A stretch of DNA of 64,000 nucleotides, from the NCBI GenBank assembly GCA_038143065.1, contig JAYQLI010000035.1:1248894-1312893 (forward strand), written 5' to 3'. A program made the translations under genes and the position numbers. The notes beneath the pieces were generated by a model. It was not told the origin of the DNA and ran no database searches. It saw only the letters and a list, made by a program, of their open reading frames with translations. This document shows, one piece after another, positions 11,148 to 21,929 of the stretch. Position 1 is the stretch's first letter; each line of letters opens with the position of its first letter. The DNA is from Rhodospirillales bacterium. Lineage in GTDB: Bacteria > Pseudomonadota > Alphaproteobacteria > Bin95.

Positions 11148-12023
11148 AAGTGGCAGATCTAACCGAGTTGATTATTGATGAACTTAGTCGTCCAACCGAA
11201 AAAAACGCGACCACACTGGTTAAAATCGCACGAGATCGCGTTATCGGCGTTAAGGCAGCTTTATTCTATGGGTCATGTCTAAGGGACGGAATAACAACCA
11301 ATTCAATTGCTGATCTTTATCTACTGATTGAGGATGACGCATCCAAAACAGAAAATTGGCTAATTCGCATTTTGAATCGTGTGCTTCCACCGAGTGTCAT
11401 CTACCTGGAGTGTGATAGCCCAGATGGAAAGCTACGAGCAAAGGCAGCAATTATGACGATGGGGCAATTTACTCAGCTCACAAGCGAAAGAGCCTTTCAC
11501 AGTTATTTCTGGGCACGTTTTTGCACAACCAACAAGGCTTGTCTGGGCCGAAAATGAACAACTCATCATCCAAATTGCCGAAGCGTGCAAATCCGCTGTT
11601 TTAACCTTTGCCAGCGAGACACATTTGCACCCACCGGCCAACAGTGAAGTCTTCTGGACAGAAGGTTTCAAACATACATACGCATCCGAACTTCGCTCTG
11701 AAGGACCTGATAGACCTCTTCAAATCTACTTAGCTGATCAAAATCGATATGATCTTATCTTTGACTTTCTAAACAGTAATCGACCTATATTTCGTGGAAC
11801 CCATTTTCGAAAAGTTCGAAGGCAGATTTTTGGAAAGCTGCTTTCAGTTGTTAGACTTCTCAAAGGAATGTCCACATTCGAGGGTGGGCTGGACTACATA
11901 GCGTGGAAAATTAATCGGCATAGTGGTGTGAAAGTAGCGATAAAGCCATGGCATCGACGCTGGCCACTCATTGCAGCGCCAGGGCTTGCATGGTCTGTTT
12001 GGCGTCGAGGTGGATTCAAGTGA
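11144..12023 (+). CDS. CpgC-like nucleotidyltransferase-fold protein; frameshift near 11520
   Basis: LFYGSCLR...ADLYLLIED, YFWARFAQP (restored), TYASELRSE, GKLLSVVRLLKGMSTFEGGLDYIAWKINRHSG. Coupled to the kinase gene. Confidence 0.7.
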
Positions 12024-12096
12024 CGCAACTCGTCAAAATGCTCTATAAAGGTCACAACAATTAGGTAATTCATCTCACACCGGGTTTGGCTACAAC

Positions 12097-12764
12097 ATGC
12101 CGACGCTTCATCACCTGCCACTTTCTCCCTTCTGCCGAAAGGTTCGGATAACACTGGGCGAAAAATCACTGCCAATAGAGCTTCGTGAGGAACGAGTATG
12201 GGATAGAAGGCGCGATTTTTTAGCACTCAACCCAGCAGGAAAAGTTCCCGTCTTGGAGATGGAAAGCAACCATGTTCTCGCCGACTCTCAGGCTATTTGT
12301 GAGTTTCTTGAAGAGATGGTGCCTTCTCCATCCCTTTTAGGCACTACGCCAGAAGCTCGAGCAGAAACTCGACGACTAATCGCGTGGTTTGATGATAAAT
12401 TCTACCGCGAGGTTACTCAGCATATCTATGGTGAAAAAGTTTTACGCAGGCAAACTGGGGTGGGTCACCTGATTCTGTTGCACTTAGGGCCGGTCGGACA
12501 AATGTAGCACACCATCTTAATTATATTGCCTGGCTTTGCGATAGACGCACATGGCTAGCCGCTGACCATTTTTCTTTAGCTGACATTACTGCGGGCGCAC
12601 ATATCTCGGTCCTTGATTTTCTAGGTGATATCGACTGGGATAGATTTGAGGGTGCAAAACTTTGGTACCAGCGGATAAAGTCACGTCCAAGTTTCAGATC
12701 ACTTTTGGCAGACCGCGTTAATGGTTTTCAGCCACCCCCGCATTACGCAGATCTCGATTTTTAA
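12097..12764 (+). CDS. fzlA: Glutathione S-transferase family protein (FzlA-like); frameshift near 12460
   Basis: LHHLPLSPFCRKVR...LNPAGKVPVL...WFDDKFYREV. The C-terminal part (SLADI...WYQRIKSRPSFRSLLAD...HYADLDF*) continues in another frame. Confidence 0.75.
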
Positions 12765-12824
12765 CAAATCATCCACAACTGATATGAACGAATTGGTATA
12801 GGTTGAGGAGACACACTGGAGATT

Positions 12825-15800
12825 GTGATGTCCCACGCTGAGTTTGTTCACTTGCGGGTAAGGTCGGCCTATTCATTATTAGATGGAGCTCTTCACGCCC
12901 CCGACATAGTTGACCTAGCCAAGTCAAACAACATGCCAGCACTGGCAGTAGTAGATAATCGCAATTTATTCGGCGCACTCGAATTTTCTATGAAAGCAAC
13001 TGGCGCCGGGATCCAACCAATTACTGGCGTTATACTGCCAATTTCACGCGACCAGGTTGAAATTGACCTCTCAACGTCGTCCACCAGCAGATGACCTTGT
13101 GCTTCTAGCGCAGGATCAAACTGGTTATGCAAACCTGATGAAGTTGGTTTCAAATGCTTATCTTTCCAGTGATGGCGACTATGATCCTGAGATCAAATTA
13201 GATAAACTTAAGGGAAATACCGAAGGGCTAATAGCGCTAACAGGTGGCCCAAATGGTGCCATAAATAGATTAATTCAAGAAAACCAATTTGAACGCGCTG
13301 AAACTCGGCTAAATCATTTAAAAAAATTGTTCCCCAACAGGCTATATGTGGAACTACAAAGGATTGATTTACCCGAAGAAATTGAGGTGGAACCAAATCT
13401 TATTAAGCTCGCATATTCGCTTGAATTACCCTTGGTTGCGACAAATGACGTCCGATTTGGAACGGCCGAGATGCATGAAGCTCATGATGCTTTACTCGCA
13501 ATAGCAGACGGTCGGCGGTTAGAAGACACCGATAGGCGACGGTCATCAGAAAATTATTGCTTCAAGTCAGCATCTGAGATGACGTTACTTTTTGCTGATA
13601 TTCCTGAAGCAATAAGCAACACGATAGTTATCGCAAAGCGATGCGCAGTAATGCCAGAACCACGGGACCCTATTCTCCCTGGTTTTGAAACTGAAGCCGG
13701 TCGCGATGAGGCAGAGGAATTAAAAGCCCAGGCAGAGCAAGGCTTAGCGAGGCGAATGGCAACTCTTGAGATAGATCAGGAAAAACAGAAACTCTATCAA
13801 GAGAGACTAGCTTACGAACTCAACGTGATCACCCAGATGGGTTTTCCTGGCTACTTTCTTATTGTTGCTGAATTTATCCAGTGGGCGAAAGCCAAAGGTA
13901 TACCTGTAGGACCGGGACGCGGTTCAGGAGCTGGGTCAGTTGTTGCTTGGGCTCTTACAATCACGGATCTTGATCCGCTTCAGTTTAATTTGCTGTTTGA
14001 ACGTTTCCTGAATCCAGAGCGTGTCTCGATGCCAGACTTTGACATCGACTTTTGTCAAGAAAGGCGAGACGAAGTTATCGCGCATGTTCAGCAGAAGTAC
14101 GGATCAGACAAGGTCGCTCAAATAATAACATTCGGAAAATTACAAGCTCGCGCAGTTCTCCGAGATGTAGGCCGAGTACTTGGAATGCCATACGGTCAAG
14201 TTGATCGGATATGTAAATTAGTCCCCAACAACCCAGCTAATCCTGTAACTCTTAGCCAGGCTATAGATGGCGAACCTGCTTTGCAGGAGATGCGGAAAAC
14301 AGACGAGCAAGTTGGCACACTCATTAACATCGCTTTGAAGCTCGAAGGACTTTATCGCAATACCTCTACCCACGCTGCAGGAGTTGTAATTGGCGATCGC
14401 CCTCTCGACAAACTAGTTGCTCTGTATCGTGACCCACGCTCAGAAATGCCAGTAACCCAATTCAACATGAAATCTGTAGAGACAGCAGGTCTGGTAAAGT
14501 TTGACTTTTTGGGCCTGAAGACACTCACTGTAATTAACGATGCAGTAAAGCTTCTTAAAAATCGAGGAATTGATCTAGATATAGATCGCATCCCATTAGA
14601 CGATAAAAAATCTTTCGAGCTTATGTCTAGCGGCAATACCGCAGGTGTATTCCAGCTTGAAGGTTCTGGCATGCGAGACATGCTCAAACGACTCAAGCCA
14701 AATCGGTTTGAGGACATTATTGCAGTCGTTGCCCTATATCGGCCTGGTCCTATGGACAATATTCCAAGCTACATCGCACGAAAGCATGGTGCCGAACCTG
14801 TTGCCTTCCCTCACCCGACGCTTCAGTCGATTTTGGAAGAAACATACGGGATCATAATTTACCAAGAGCAAGTGATGCAGATAGCTCAAGTGCTTTCAGG
14901 TTACAGTCTAGGCGGGGCAGATCTTTTGCGCCGAGCAATGGGAAAAAAGATTAAAAGCGAAATGGCCGCCCAGAGAGAAATTTTTGTTAAAGGAGCAGTC
15001 GAGCGAGACGTAGACGAGCATAAAGCCAGCGAAATTTTTGATCTGGTAGATAAATTTGCTGGGTATGGTTTCAATAAAAGCCACGCTGCAGCCTATGCCT
15101 TGGTGGCGTACCAAACAGCCTATCTGAAAGCAAACTACCCCGTTGAATTCATAGCTGCTTCTATGACGCATGATATGCAGAACACTGATAAACTAGGACT
15201 ATTTCGCCGGGAGTTGGATAGGATAGAAGCACCTCTCCTCCCCCCAGATATAAATGCCTCAAATCCAGTTTTTACAGTTGAAAAAAATAATGATGGAAAG
15301 CTAGGTGTTAGATATGCCCTTGGAGCAATCAGAAATGTCGGGCGTCCGGCAGCATTAGCCATAGTTGATTCTCGGGAGACAGGACCTTTTCAAAATTTAG
15401 GTGACTTTTCCAAACGTCTGGATTCTACTCGAATAAATAAGCGTCAAATTGAAGCCTTGGCCCGCGCTGGGGCATTTGACAACTTAGAGACAAATCGAGC
15501 CTGCGTTTTTGAAGGTGCAGAGGCTATTGCACGCGCAGCCCAAGCTGCTGCAGAAGATAGAAAAAGTAACCAATCCAATCTATTTGGCGAAGCAGATACT
15601 GGACCAAATTTACGACTGCCGGAAGTTAACTCATGGAGTGATGCCGAACAGCTCTCAAATGAGCTAGACGCAAAAGGGATGTACTTATCTGCTCATCCGT
15701 TAGACGCTTACCAAGCACAAATGAAAAAGCTCGGTGTAACAAGCATAGCGGACCTATTAAAAAATGGCCCACCTCCATCAACCCGGCGCAACCAAGAATA

Positions 15801-16308
15801 CAACAACTTCCATCGTGGCACAGAAGCAAATTGCCGAATTGCGGCTACGCAGCTTGGCCGACAAGAAAGAACTTCTGCCCGCGGCAGCCGGTTTGCCTTT
15901 GTTCAACTTTCAGACGCGACTGGCGTTATAGAAGCCACCGCATTCTCCGAAGTATTATCCTCATCTCGTGATCTTCTTGACTCAGGACGCCCCCTACTTC
16001 TCGGTATAGAAGCGCGACTTAGTGATAGTGGCTTACGTGTAGGTATAGCGAGTGTGCGAGACCTCGAGGAGGCCGCTGCCGATTCTGGGCGTGAACTAAT
16101 CGTTCATATTAGGAATACAGAAGCTCTAGAGCCTATTTCATCCGTTCTAAGCAATGAAAAACCAGGTCGTGCGACTGTTCGTTTGCTCTTGGAAGTTGAC
16201 CCAGCGCGTGAAATTTCAGTGGAATTAAAGCATAAAATTTCTCTGTCATCTGCAACTGCACAGGCCATGAAGTCTTTGCCTGGCGTAATTGATGCGAGGA
16301 TGGAATAA
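12825..16308 (+). CDS. dnaE: DNA polymerase III subunit alpha; frameshift near 13060
   Basis: FVHLRVRSAYSLLDGA PHP start, GPGRGSGAGS, PDFDIDF, HAAGVVI, KFDFLGL and GFNKSH. Confidence 0.97.
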
Positions 16309-16452
16309 AAAAAGCCACTAACGTCTGCCAAAATAAAAAACAGCATTTAACGCATTAAAATTTTACATCTAATAATTTACGTGGAATCTTGGCGTTGCAT
16401 CCTTTGCAATGGTGCTCATACTGATTTTTTACCAAGGATCGGATCCTTTTCC

Positions 16453-17532
16453 ATGCACGTATTTTCTGCAGATATTCTGAGGCGGCAAATTGAGGCCGTC
16501 CTGGCAGCCTGGGGCCTACCCGAAGAACGGTGTAAACTAATGTCAGGTCTCATGATTGAAGCAGACCTGCGTGGAATTGATAGCCATGGAATAGGGATGT
16601 TGCCCCACTACGAGGCCCGGCGACTGGCAGGTCTTGTGTTTCCAGATGCGACACCAGAAGTAGTAACTGACAATCCTGCATTTTGCATAGTAGATGCTGG
16701 ACATGGACTTGGGCACGCTGCAGGGGCAATGGCCATGGGTATGGCCATCGAAAAAGCAAAAAATACAGCTGTTGGTCTAGGCCTTGTAAAGCGGTCAAAT
16801 CACTATGGAGCTGCTGGTGTGTACGCCACCATGGCCAGTGATCGAGGGCTAATTGGCATTAGTATGACCGGAACCAGTCAACGATCTATAGTTCCTACCT
16901 TTGCAAAGGAACCGATGTATTCCACTAATCCAATTGCTTGCGCAGTACCCGCTGGAGAGCGTCCAGCATTCGTTCTGGATATGGCAACATCGACTGTTGC
17001 AGTCGGAAAACTTGATATCTATCGACGGCTGGGCCAGTCATTGCCAGCAGGGTGGGCGCTTGATGAAGACGGCGGCATTAGAACTGATGCCCAAGCCGCT
17101 TTTGACGCGAGACCCCGCCGGATGACGCCATTAGGTGGCGATAGAGAAAGAGGCAGCCACAAGGGTTATGGGCTAGCCATTATGGTTGACATTCTTTCTA
17201 GCGTCTTAACCGGCTCTTGGTTTGGGGCACATGACCTAAAAACAGGAAAAACTGGGCAACACCACAATATTGGTAGCTTTTTTCTTGCTGTCGATCCTGA
17301 ATTCTTTCGGGATGAGGGAGCAGATTTTGAAGGGGATATGGATGCTCTTATTGACACGCTAAAGGCTACGCCCCCCGCTGACCATTCCCAGCCTGTTATG
17401 GTTGCAGGCGAACCTGAGCAAATTGCTAAGATGAAACGGGAGCAGGATGGGATACCTATCTCTGATACATTACTTGAGGAACTTCGGAAGGCTTCCGAAA
17501 CAAGTGGCGCTGCTTATCTTCTAGGAAACTGA
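16453..17532 (+). CDS. Ldh_2 family (malate/L-lactate/sulfolactate-type) oxidoreductase
   Basis: ADLRGIDSHG, SNHYGAAG, STNPIA, LDMATS and SHKGYGLA motifs. Confidence 0.9.
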   Translation: MHVFSADILRRQIEAVLAAWGLPEERCKLMSGLMIEADLRGIDSHGIGMLPHYEARRLAGLVFPDATPEVVTDNPAFCIVDAGHGLGHAAGAMAMGMAIEKAKNTAVGLGLVKRSNHYGAAGVYATMASDRGLIGISMTGTSQRSIVPTFAKEPMYSTNPIACAVPAGERPAFVLDMATSTVAVGKLDIYRRLGQSLPAGWALDEDGGIRTDAQAAFDARPRRMTPLGGDRERGSHKGYGLAIMVDILSSVLTGSWFGAHDLKTGKTGQHHNIGSFFLAVDPEFFRDEGADFEGDMDALIDTLKATPPADHSQPVMVAGEPEQIAKMKREQDGIPISDTLLEELRKASETSGAAYLLGN

Positions 17533-17536
17533 AGCT

Positions 17537-18374
17537 ATGCCAACAGAATTAGAAAAAATTGAGCATGCTGGAGTTCGATTGAACACCCAACATGCTCACG
17601 GAATTATTACTTCGCGAGTTTGGGGAGAAAAAAAATCATAAGCAGGGCACTATCGTTCTTCTTCATGGCAGCTTTGGTGCTTGGTCGCACTGGGCAAAAA
17701 ACATCGTTGAACTCTCTCGTTTTAAAAAGGTTGTAGCGATTGATCTCCCTGGTATGGGCGATAGTGAACAACCCCAGAACCAATTTCCGCTGAGATTATG
17801 GGAAAACTGGTTGCTGAAAGTATTGAACAAACACTTCAACCGGATGAACGGTTCCAGCTGGTTGGATTCTCATTTGGCGGCATAGTTGGTGGGCAAACAG
17901 CATTAATCATGGAAGATCGAATAGATCGTTTAGTTGTAATCGGTTCAAATGCACTTGGCCTGCCTATAGATGATCGGGCTCCTCTTATGAAGCCTTCCAG
18001 TAAGATGGCCAAAAATGAGTTGAGAGATGTCCATCGTAACAATCTGGGTATCTTTATGTTTGGCGACAATTCTAAGATAGACGAGATGGCATTGGACCTG
18101 CAGACGATAAATACGAGGAAGGCCCGAACCCGAAGTGGCTCTATCCCTCACGGAAGAAGCCTGCAGGATGCATTAAAAAAATTAAGGATCCCAGTTCGTG
18201 GCATTTGGGGCGAAAAAGGACGCTACAGCTGGACGATATTTAAGTGAACGGCAACAGCTTTTTGAAGCTCTTCCCCATTGCCAAGCCTTCACAATTATTC
18301 CTGGTGCCGGACACTGGGCATCTTATGAAGAACCAGAGATAATAAATTCAATCCTACTCGAAGAGGATAAGTAA
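17537..18374 (+). CDS. Alpha/beta hydrolase; several frameshifts
   Basis: LLHGSFGAWSHW, DLPGMGDS, nucleophile elbow GFSFGG, IWGE.D and IPGAGHW pieces across frames. Confidence 0.75.
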
Positions 18375-18376
18375 TT

Positions 18377-19234
18377 ATGAAGCTCTGCGCACAATTCCCG
18401 ACACGATTTATTGGAAATGACCCTCAAAAAATTAAAGACTGGGCACAAGCTGCGGAAGACTTGGGATATTCTTACATCGAAGTTCCCGATCATGTATTTG
18501 GCGCTCAGGCACGAGATGGATGGACCCCTAATTACAATGAAAATGAGCATTTTCACGAGACATTTGTAACTCTTGGTTTTCTGGCCGCATGCACCACAAC
18601 CATCAGACTTTCCTCAGGGGTTCTTATTCTTCCTCAACGACAAACGGGGGTTGTTGCCAAGCAGGCTGCAGAAGCTGACTTATTATCAGGGGGAAGGCTT
18701 CGATTAGGAATTGGCGTTGGTTGGAATCATATTGAGTACGAGGCTTTAGAAACAAATTGGAAAACGAGAGGCGCCAAACAAGCCGAGCAAATAGAAGTCA
18801 TGCGACTTCTTTGGTCAGAAGAATTGGTTACCTTTAAAGGCCGTTTCCATGACCTAGACCGAGTAAATATAGTTCCTGGACCAGTACAAAGACCCATTCC
18901 CATCTGGCTTGGAGGTACGGCGGACGCTGTCCTTCGTCGAGCTGCAAAGTTAGCAAATGGTTGGATGCCTATTATGCCTCCTGGAGAGAAGGCTGAGGAA
19001 AAGTTAGAACAATTCAGGGAGTATCTTGTTGAAAATGGAAGGCAACCAGACGAGGCCCCTGTAGAAGTTTGGCTGCGAGCAAATGAAATGGACCCTGAAG
19101 CTTGGGGTCGAGACGCAGATTACTGGCGGCAAAATGGCATCTCAATGGCCATGCTATATCCAATGTTCCATGCAGGTAACTTAGATGGTCAGATAGAGAT
19201 ACTGCGTCGTTTTAAGGAAGCAGCAAAGGGCTAA
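18377..19234 (+). CDS. LLM-class (luciferase-like) flavin/F420-dependent oxidoreductase
   Basis: AEDLGY...PDHV, VLILPQRQT..VAKQAA..D.LSGGRLRLGIGVGWN..EY and PIPIWLGG. Confidence 0.9.
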   Translation: MKLCAQFPTRFIGNDPQKIKDWAQAAEDLGYSYIEVPDHVFGAQARDGWTPNYNENEHFHETFVTLGFLAACTTTIRLSSGVLILPQRQTGVVAKQAAEADLLSGGRLRLGIGVGWNHIEYEALETNWKTRGAKQAEQIEVMRLLWSEELVTFKGRFHDLDRVNIVPGPVQRPIPIWLGGTADAVLRRAAKLANGWMPIMPPGEKAEEKLEQFREYLVENGRQPDEAPVEVWLRANEMDPEAWGRDADYWRQNGISMAMLYPMFHAGNLDGQIEILRRFKEAAKG

Positions 19235-19235
19235 A

Positions 19236-20403
19236 ATGATCAATATGATCACAGATAGCCCAGCTGTCCGAGCCCAGAAACTCGCACCACTAATTTTGGC
19301 GGCGGCTGAGGAAATTGAACTAACCCAGGATTTTCCTCGGCCTGTCTTTGAGCAGATAATATTTTCTGGTTTATTTCGCCTCTTTCTTCCAAAATCTCTG
19401 GAAGGAGAAGAGGTAAGTCCAAGCCAATATCTTGAAGCCTTAATAGAGATAGCAAAGGCTGATGGTTCAGTGGCATGGAACATGTTTGTTTCAAATTCAG
19501 CGTGCCTATTGGCACCCCATATACCCTTTGAAACTGCTAAAATGATTTGGTCGGATCCAAAAGCTGTAATTGCTTGGGGGCCACCTAATTCCCAAAAACT
19601 TCAGGCCGTAGAGGGCGGATACAAAGTTTCCGGAGTGTGGTCATTCGCAAGCGGGAGTCGGCAAGCTACTTGGATGGGAGCTCATGGTCATGTTCAAGAA
19701 ATTGATGGCTCAATCCGGGTAAACCGACAAGGACGTCCAATCACACAGACTGTGCTTTTCAGGAAAGATGAGGCGACACTTCTTAATGATTGGCAACCTA
19801 TGGGACTACGCGGGACTTCCTCCGGTTCTTACAGTGTAGAGAATGTCTTCGTACCGGAGGATCAGAGTGGCACTCCGGGAAACACCAGAGTGCAGAAGAG
19901 ATCCTGGCCCTCTATTTGCCTTTCCAATGCAAGGGCTTTACGCAGTTGGCGTCTTGGGCTGCGCACTTGGATTAGCAAGCGCTATGATGAAAGACTTTCA
20001 TGGACTGGCTGTAGCAAAAACTCCTAGAGGACGTGGGCGTCTCGCGGATGACAAACTAACTCAAGCTAAATTTGCTCAACATCACGCCAGCCTGAAAGCC
20101 GCAAAATCCTTCGCCGATCAAACCCTTTCTAAACTCTATAATGAGGCTCCAAATGAAGGGGCTATAGGCCTCAAGGAGCGAGCATCTGTTCGCCTCATTT
20201 GTAGCCATGGCATTCAGGCTTCTGTGGAGGCTGCAGACTGGGTCCACAGGGCCGCTGGGGTGTCGGCTATTTTTCCTGAATCCCCTTTTGAACGCCGATT
20301 TAGAGATATCCACACGCTCTCTCAGCAAATTCAGTCCAGGGCTGCTCATTTCGAAGCTGTTGGAGAAATTCTTTTGGGTGGTGAGCCCGAAGTTTTCTTT
20401 TAA
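19236..20403 (+). CDS. Acyl-CoA dehydrogenase-fold flavin monooxygenase (HsaA/PigA-like); frameshift near 19875
   Basis: ADGSVAW, GVWSFASGS, WQPMGLRGTSS and AGVSAIF...FERRFRDIH. Confidence 0.85.
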
Positions 20404-20414
20404 GGAGAAGTCAC

Positions 20415-21302
20415 ATGCGTATTGGTTACATTGGACTTGGTGCTATGGGCAGACCAATGGCGGTTAATATTACGGAAGCTGGCCATGACGTTGTTGTTTT
20501 TGATCTAAATGAAAACCAAACTAAAATTCTAGCCCAGCGAGGCGCTTCAGTGGCCAGATCTCCGAAGGAGGTTGCAGACGAAGCTGACTATGTCCTGACT
20601 TGTTTACCTAGCATTGCAGCCGCAGAAGCAGTCGCCCTCGGAAAAGATGGGGTAATAGCGGGTTCCAGAGCTAAGGCTTTTGTAAATATGGGCACAACTG
20701 GAAGTGCTTTTGCGCGGTTAACAGCTGAAGCAATGAATGCTGTAGGCAAGGCTTACTTGGATGCTCCCATCTCTGGAGGGCCTCCTGGCGCCGAGGCAGG
20801 GACGCTTGGTGTAATGTGTTCTGGTGATCGGAGTACTTTTGAGGCACTTAAGGACAATGCATTAGAAGCAATTTCAGCAAAATTAGTTTACTTGGGAGAA
20901 AAACCTGGGGCAGCTCAGGTAATGAAGCTGGTAAATAATATAATTTTCTTTGGGAACGTTGCAGTAGCCATGGAGGCGCTAACACTTGGAGCTAAAGCAG
21001 GCTTAAGTACCGAACAAATGCTAGAAGTTATCAATGCATCTTCAGGCCGAAATACTGCCACTGAATGGTTAATCCCAAACCATGTTCTAAATCGTGCGTT
21101 CGACTTTGGTGGTGCAAATTACATCATTGCAAAAGACCTTGACCTCTGGCGACAGGAGGTAGAAGCATTCGAGACACCAATGCAGCTCGGAGTGAACATG
21201 CGGACCCTTTACCTTCAATCAATGTGGAAGGAAGGAATGGACGCCGACATCACGACACTGCTCAAAACACTAGAAGAAATTGGTAACACCAAATTGGTTT
21301 GA
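20415..21302 (+). CDS. NAD(P)-dependent oxidoreductase, 3-hydroxyisobutyrate dehydrogenase family
   Basis: GYIGLGAMG, LDAPISGG, KLVNN and KDL motifs. Confidence 0.9.
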   Translation: MRIGYIGLGAMGRPMAVNITEAGHDVVVFDLNENQTKILAQRGASVARSPKEVADEADYVLTCLPSIAAAEAVALGKDGVIAGSRAKAFVNMGTTGSAFARLTAEAMNAVGKAYLDAPISGGPPGAEAGTLGVMCSGDRSTFEALKDNALEAISAKLVYLGEKPGAAQVMKLVNNIIFFGNVAVAMEALTLGAKAGLSTEQMLEVINASSGRNTATEWLIPNHVLNRAFDFGGANYIIAKDLDLWRQEVEAFETPMQLGVNMRTLYLQSMWKEGMDADITTLLKTLEEIGNTKLV

Positions 21303-21342
21303 TATTTTCAAAAATAAGAATTGAAAAGGAAGGTAATTTGCC

Positions 21343-21744
21343 ATGGCTGAGTTTAAATATTTGCACACGATGATTAGGGTGAAGGATCTGGATAAATCTC
21401 TAGATTTCTACACTCGTCTCCTGGGAATGCAGGAACTGAGAAAAAAGGACTTCCCAACGGGAGACTTCACGCTGGCCTTTGTCGGTTATGGTGACGAAGT
21501 TAACAACACTGTTATCGAACTCACTCACAATTGGGGCCAAGAAGAACCGTACGATCTGGGTAACGGCTTTGGGCACTTAGCCTTAGGAGTGAAGGATATT
21601 TACGCTACCTGCGAAAAACTAGCGAATGAAGGGGTTTCAATTCCACGTCCCCCAGGCCCAATGAAGCATGGTGGAAGTGTTATCGCGTTCATTGAGGACC
21701 CGGACGGCTATAAAATCGAATTAATTGAAAAGAAAGATATGTAG
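21343..21744 (+). CDS. gloA: Lactoylglutathione lyase (glyoxalase I)
   Basis: LHTMIRV, IELTHNWG, FGHLALGV and DPDGYKIELIE. Confidence 0.95.
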   Translation: MAEFKYLHTMIRVKDLDKSLDFYTRLLGMQELRKKDFPTGDFTLAFVGYGDEVNNTVIELTHNWGQEEPYDLGNGFGHLALGVKDIYATCEKLANEGVSIPRPPGPMKHGGSVIAFIEDPDGYKIELIEKKDM

Positions 21745-21752
21745 ATTGAATT

Positions 21753-21786
21753 TGGCGGAAGCAGCCATTACTTCCGCCATTTTTTC
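21753..21786 (+). terminator. Rho-independent terminator after gloA
   Basis: 9-bp stem TGGCGGAAG/CTTCCGCCA followed by a T-run. Confidence 0.8.
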
Positions 21787-21929
21787 TCCGCTATTTTGCT
21801 TAGATAAGCTGTCGGAAAAGTCTGAAGTATCGCTCGTGTAAACGAAATTTGTTCGCTATGGCGATAAATACAGAAATTGCATTATTAACTTTAATTATAG
21901 ATCCAAATCCCATTCTGAAGGAAAAAATT

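Noticed and set aside
13040-13094. Split dnaE as a programmed frameshift, intein or split gene
   Set aside because: The break is in a variable PHP-domain loop with no slippery heptamer or intein motif, and it matches the window-wide indel error pattern.
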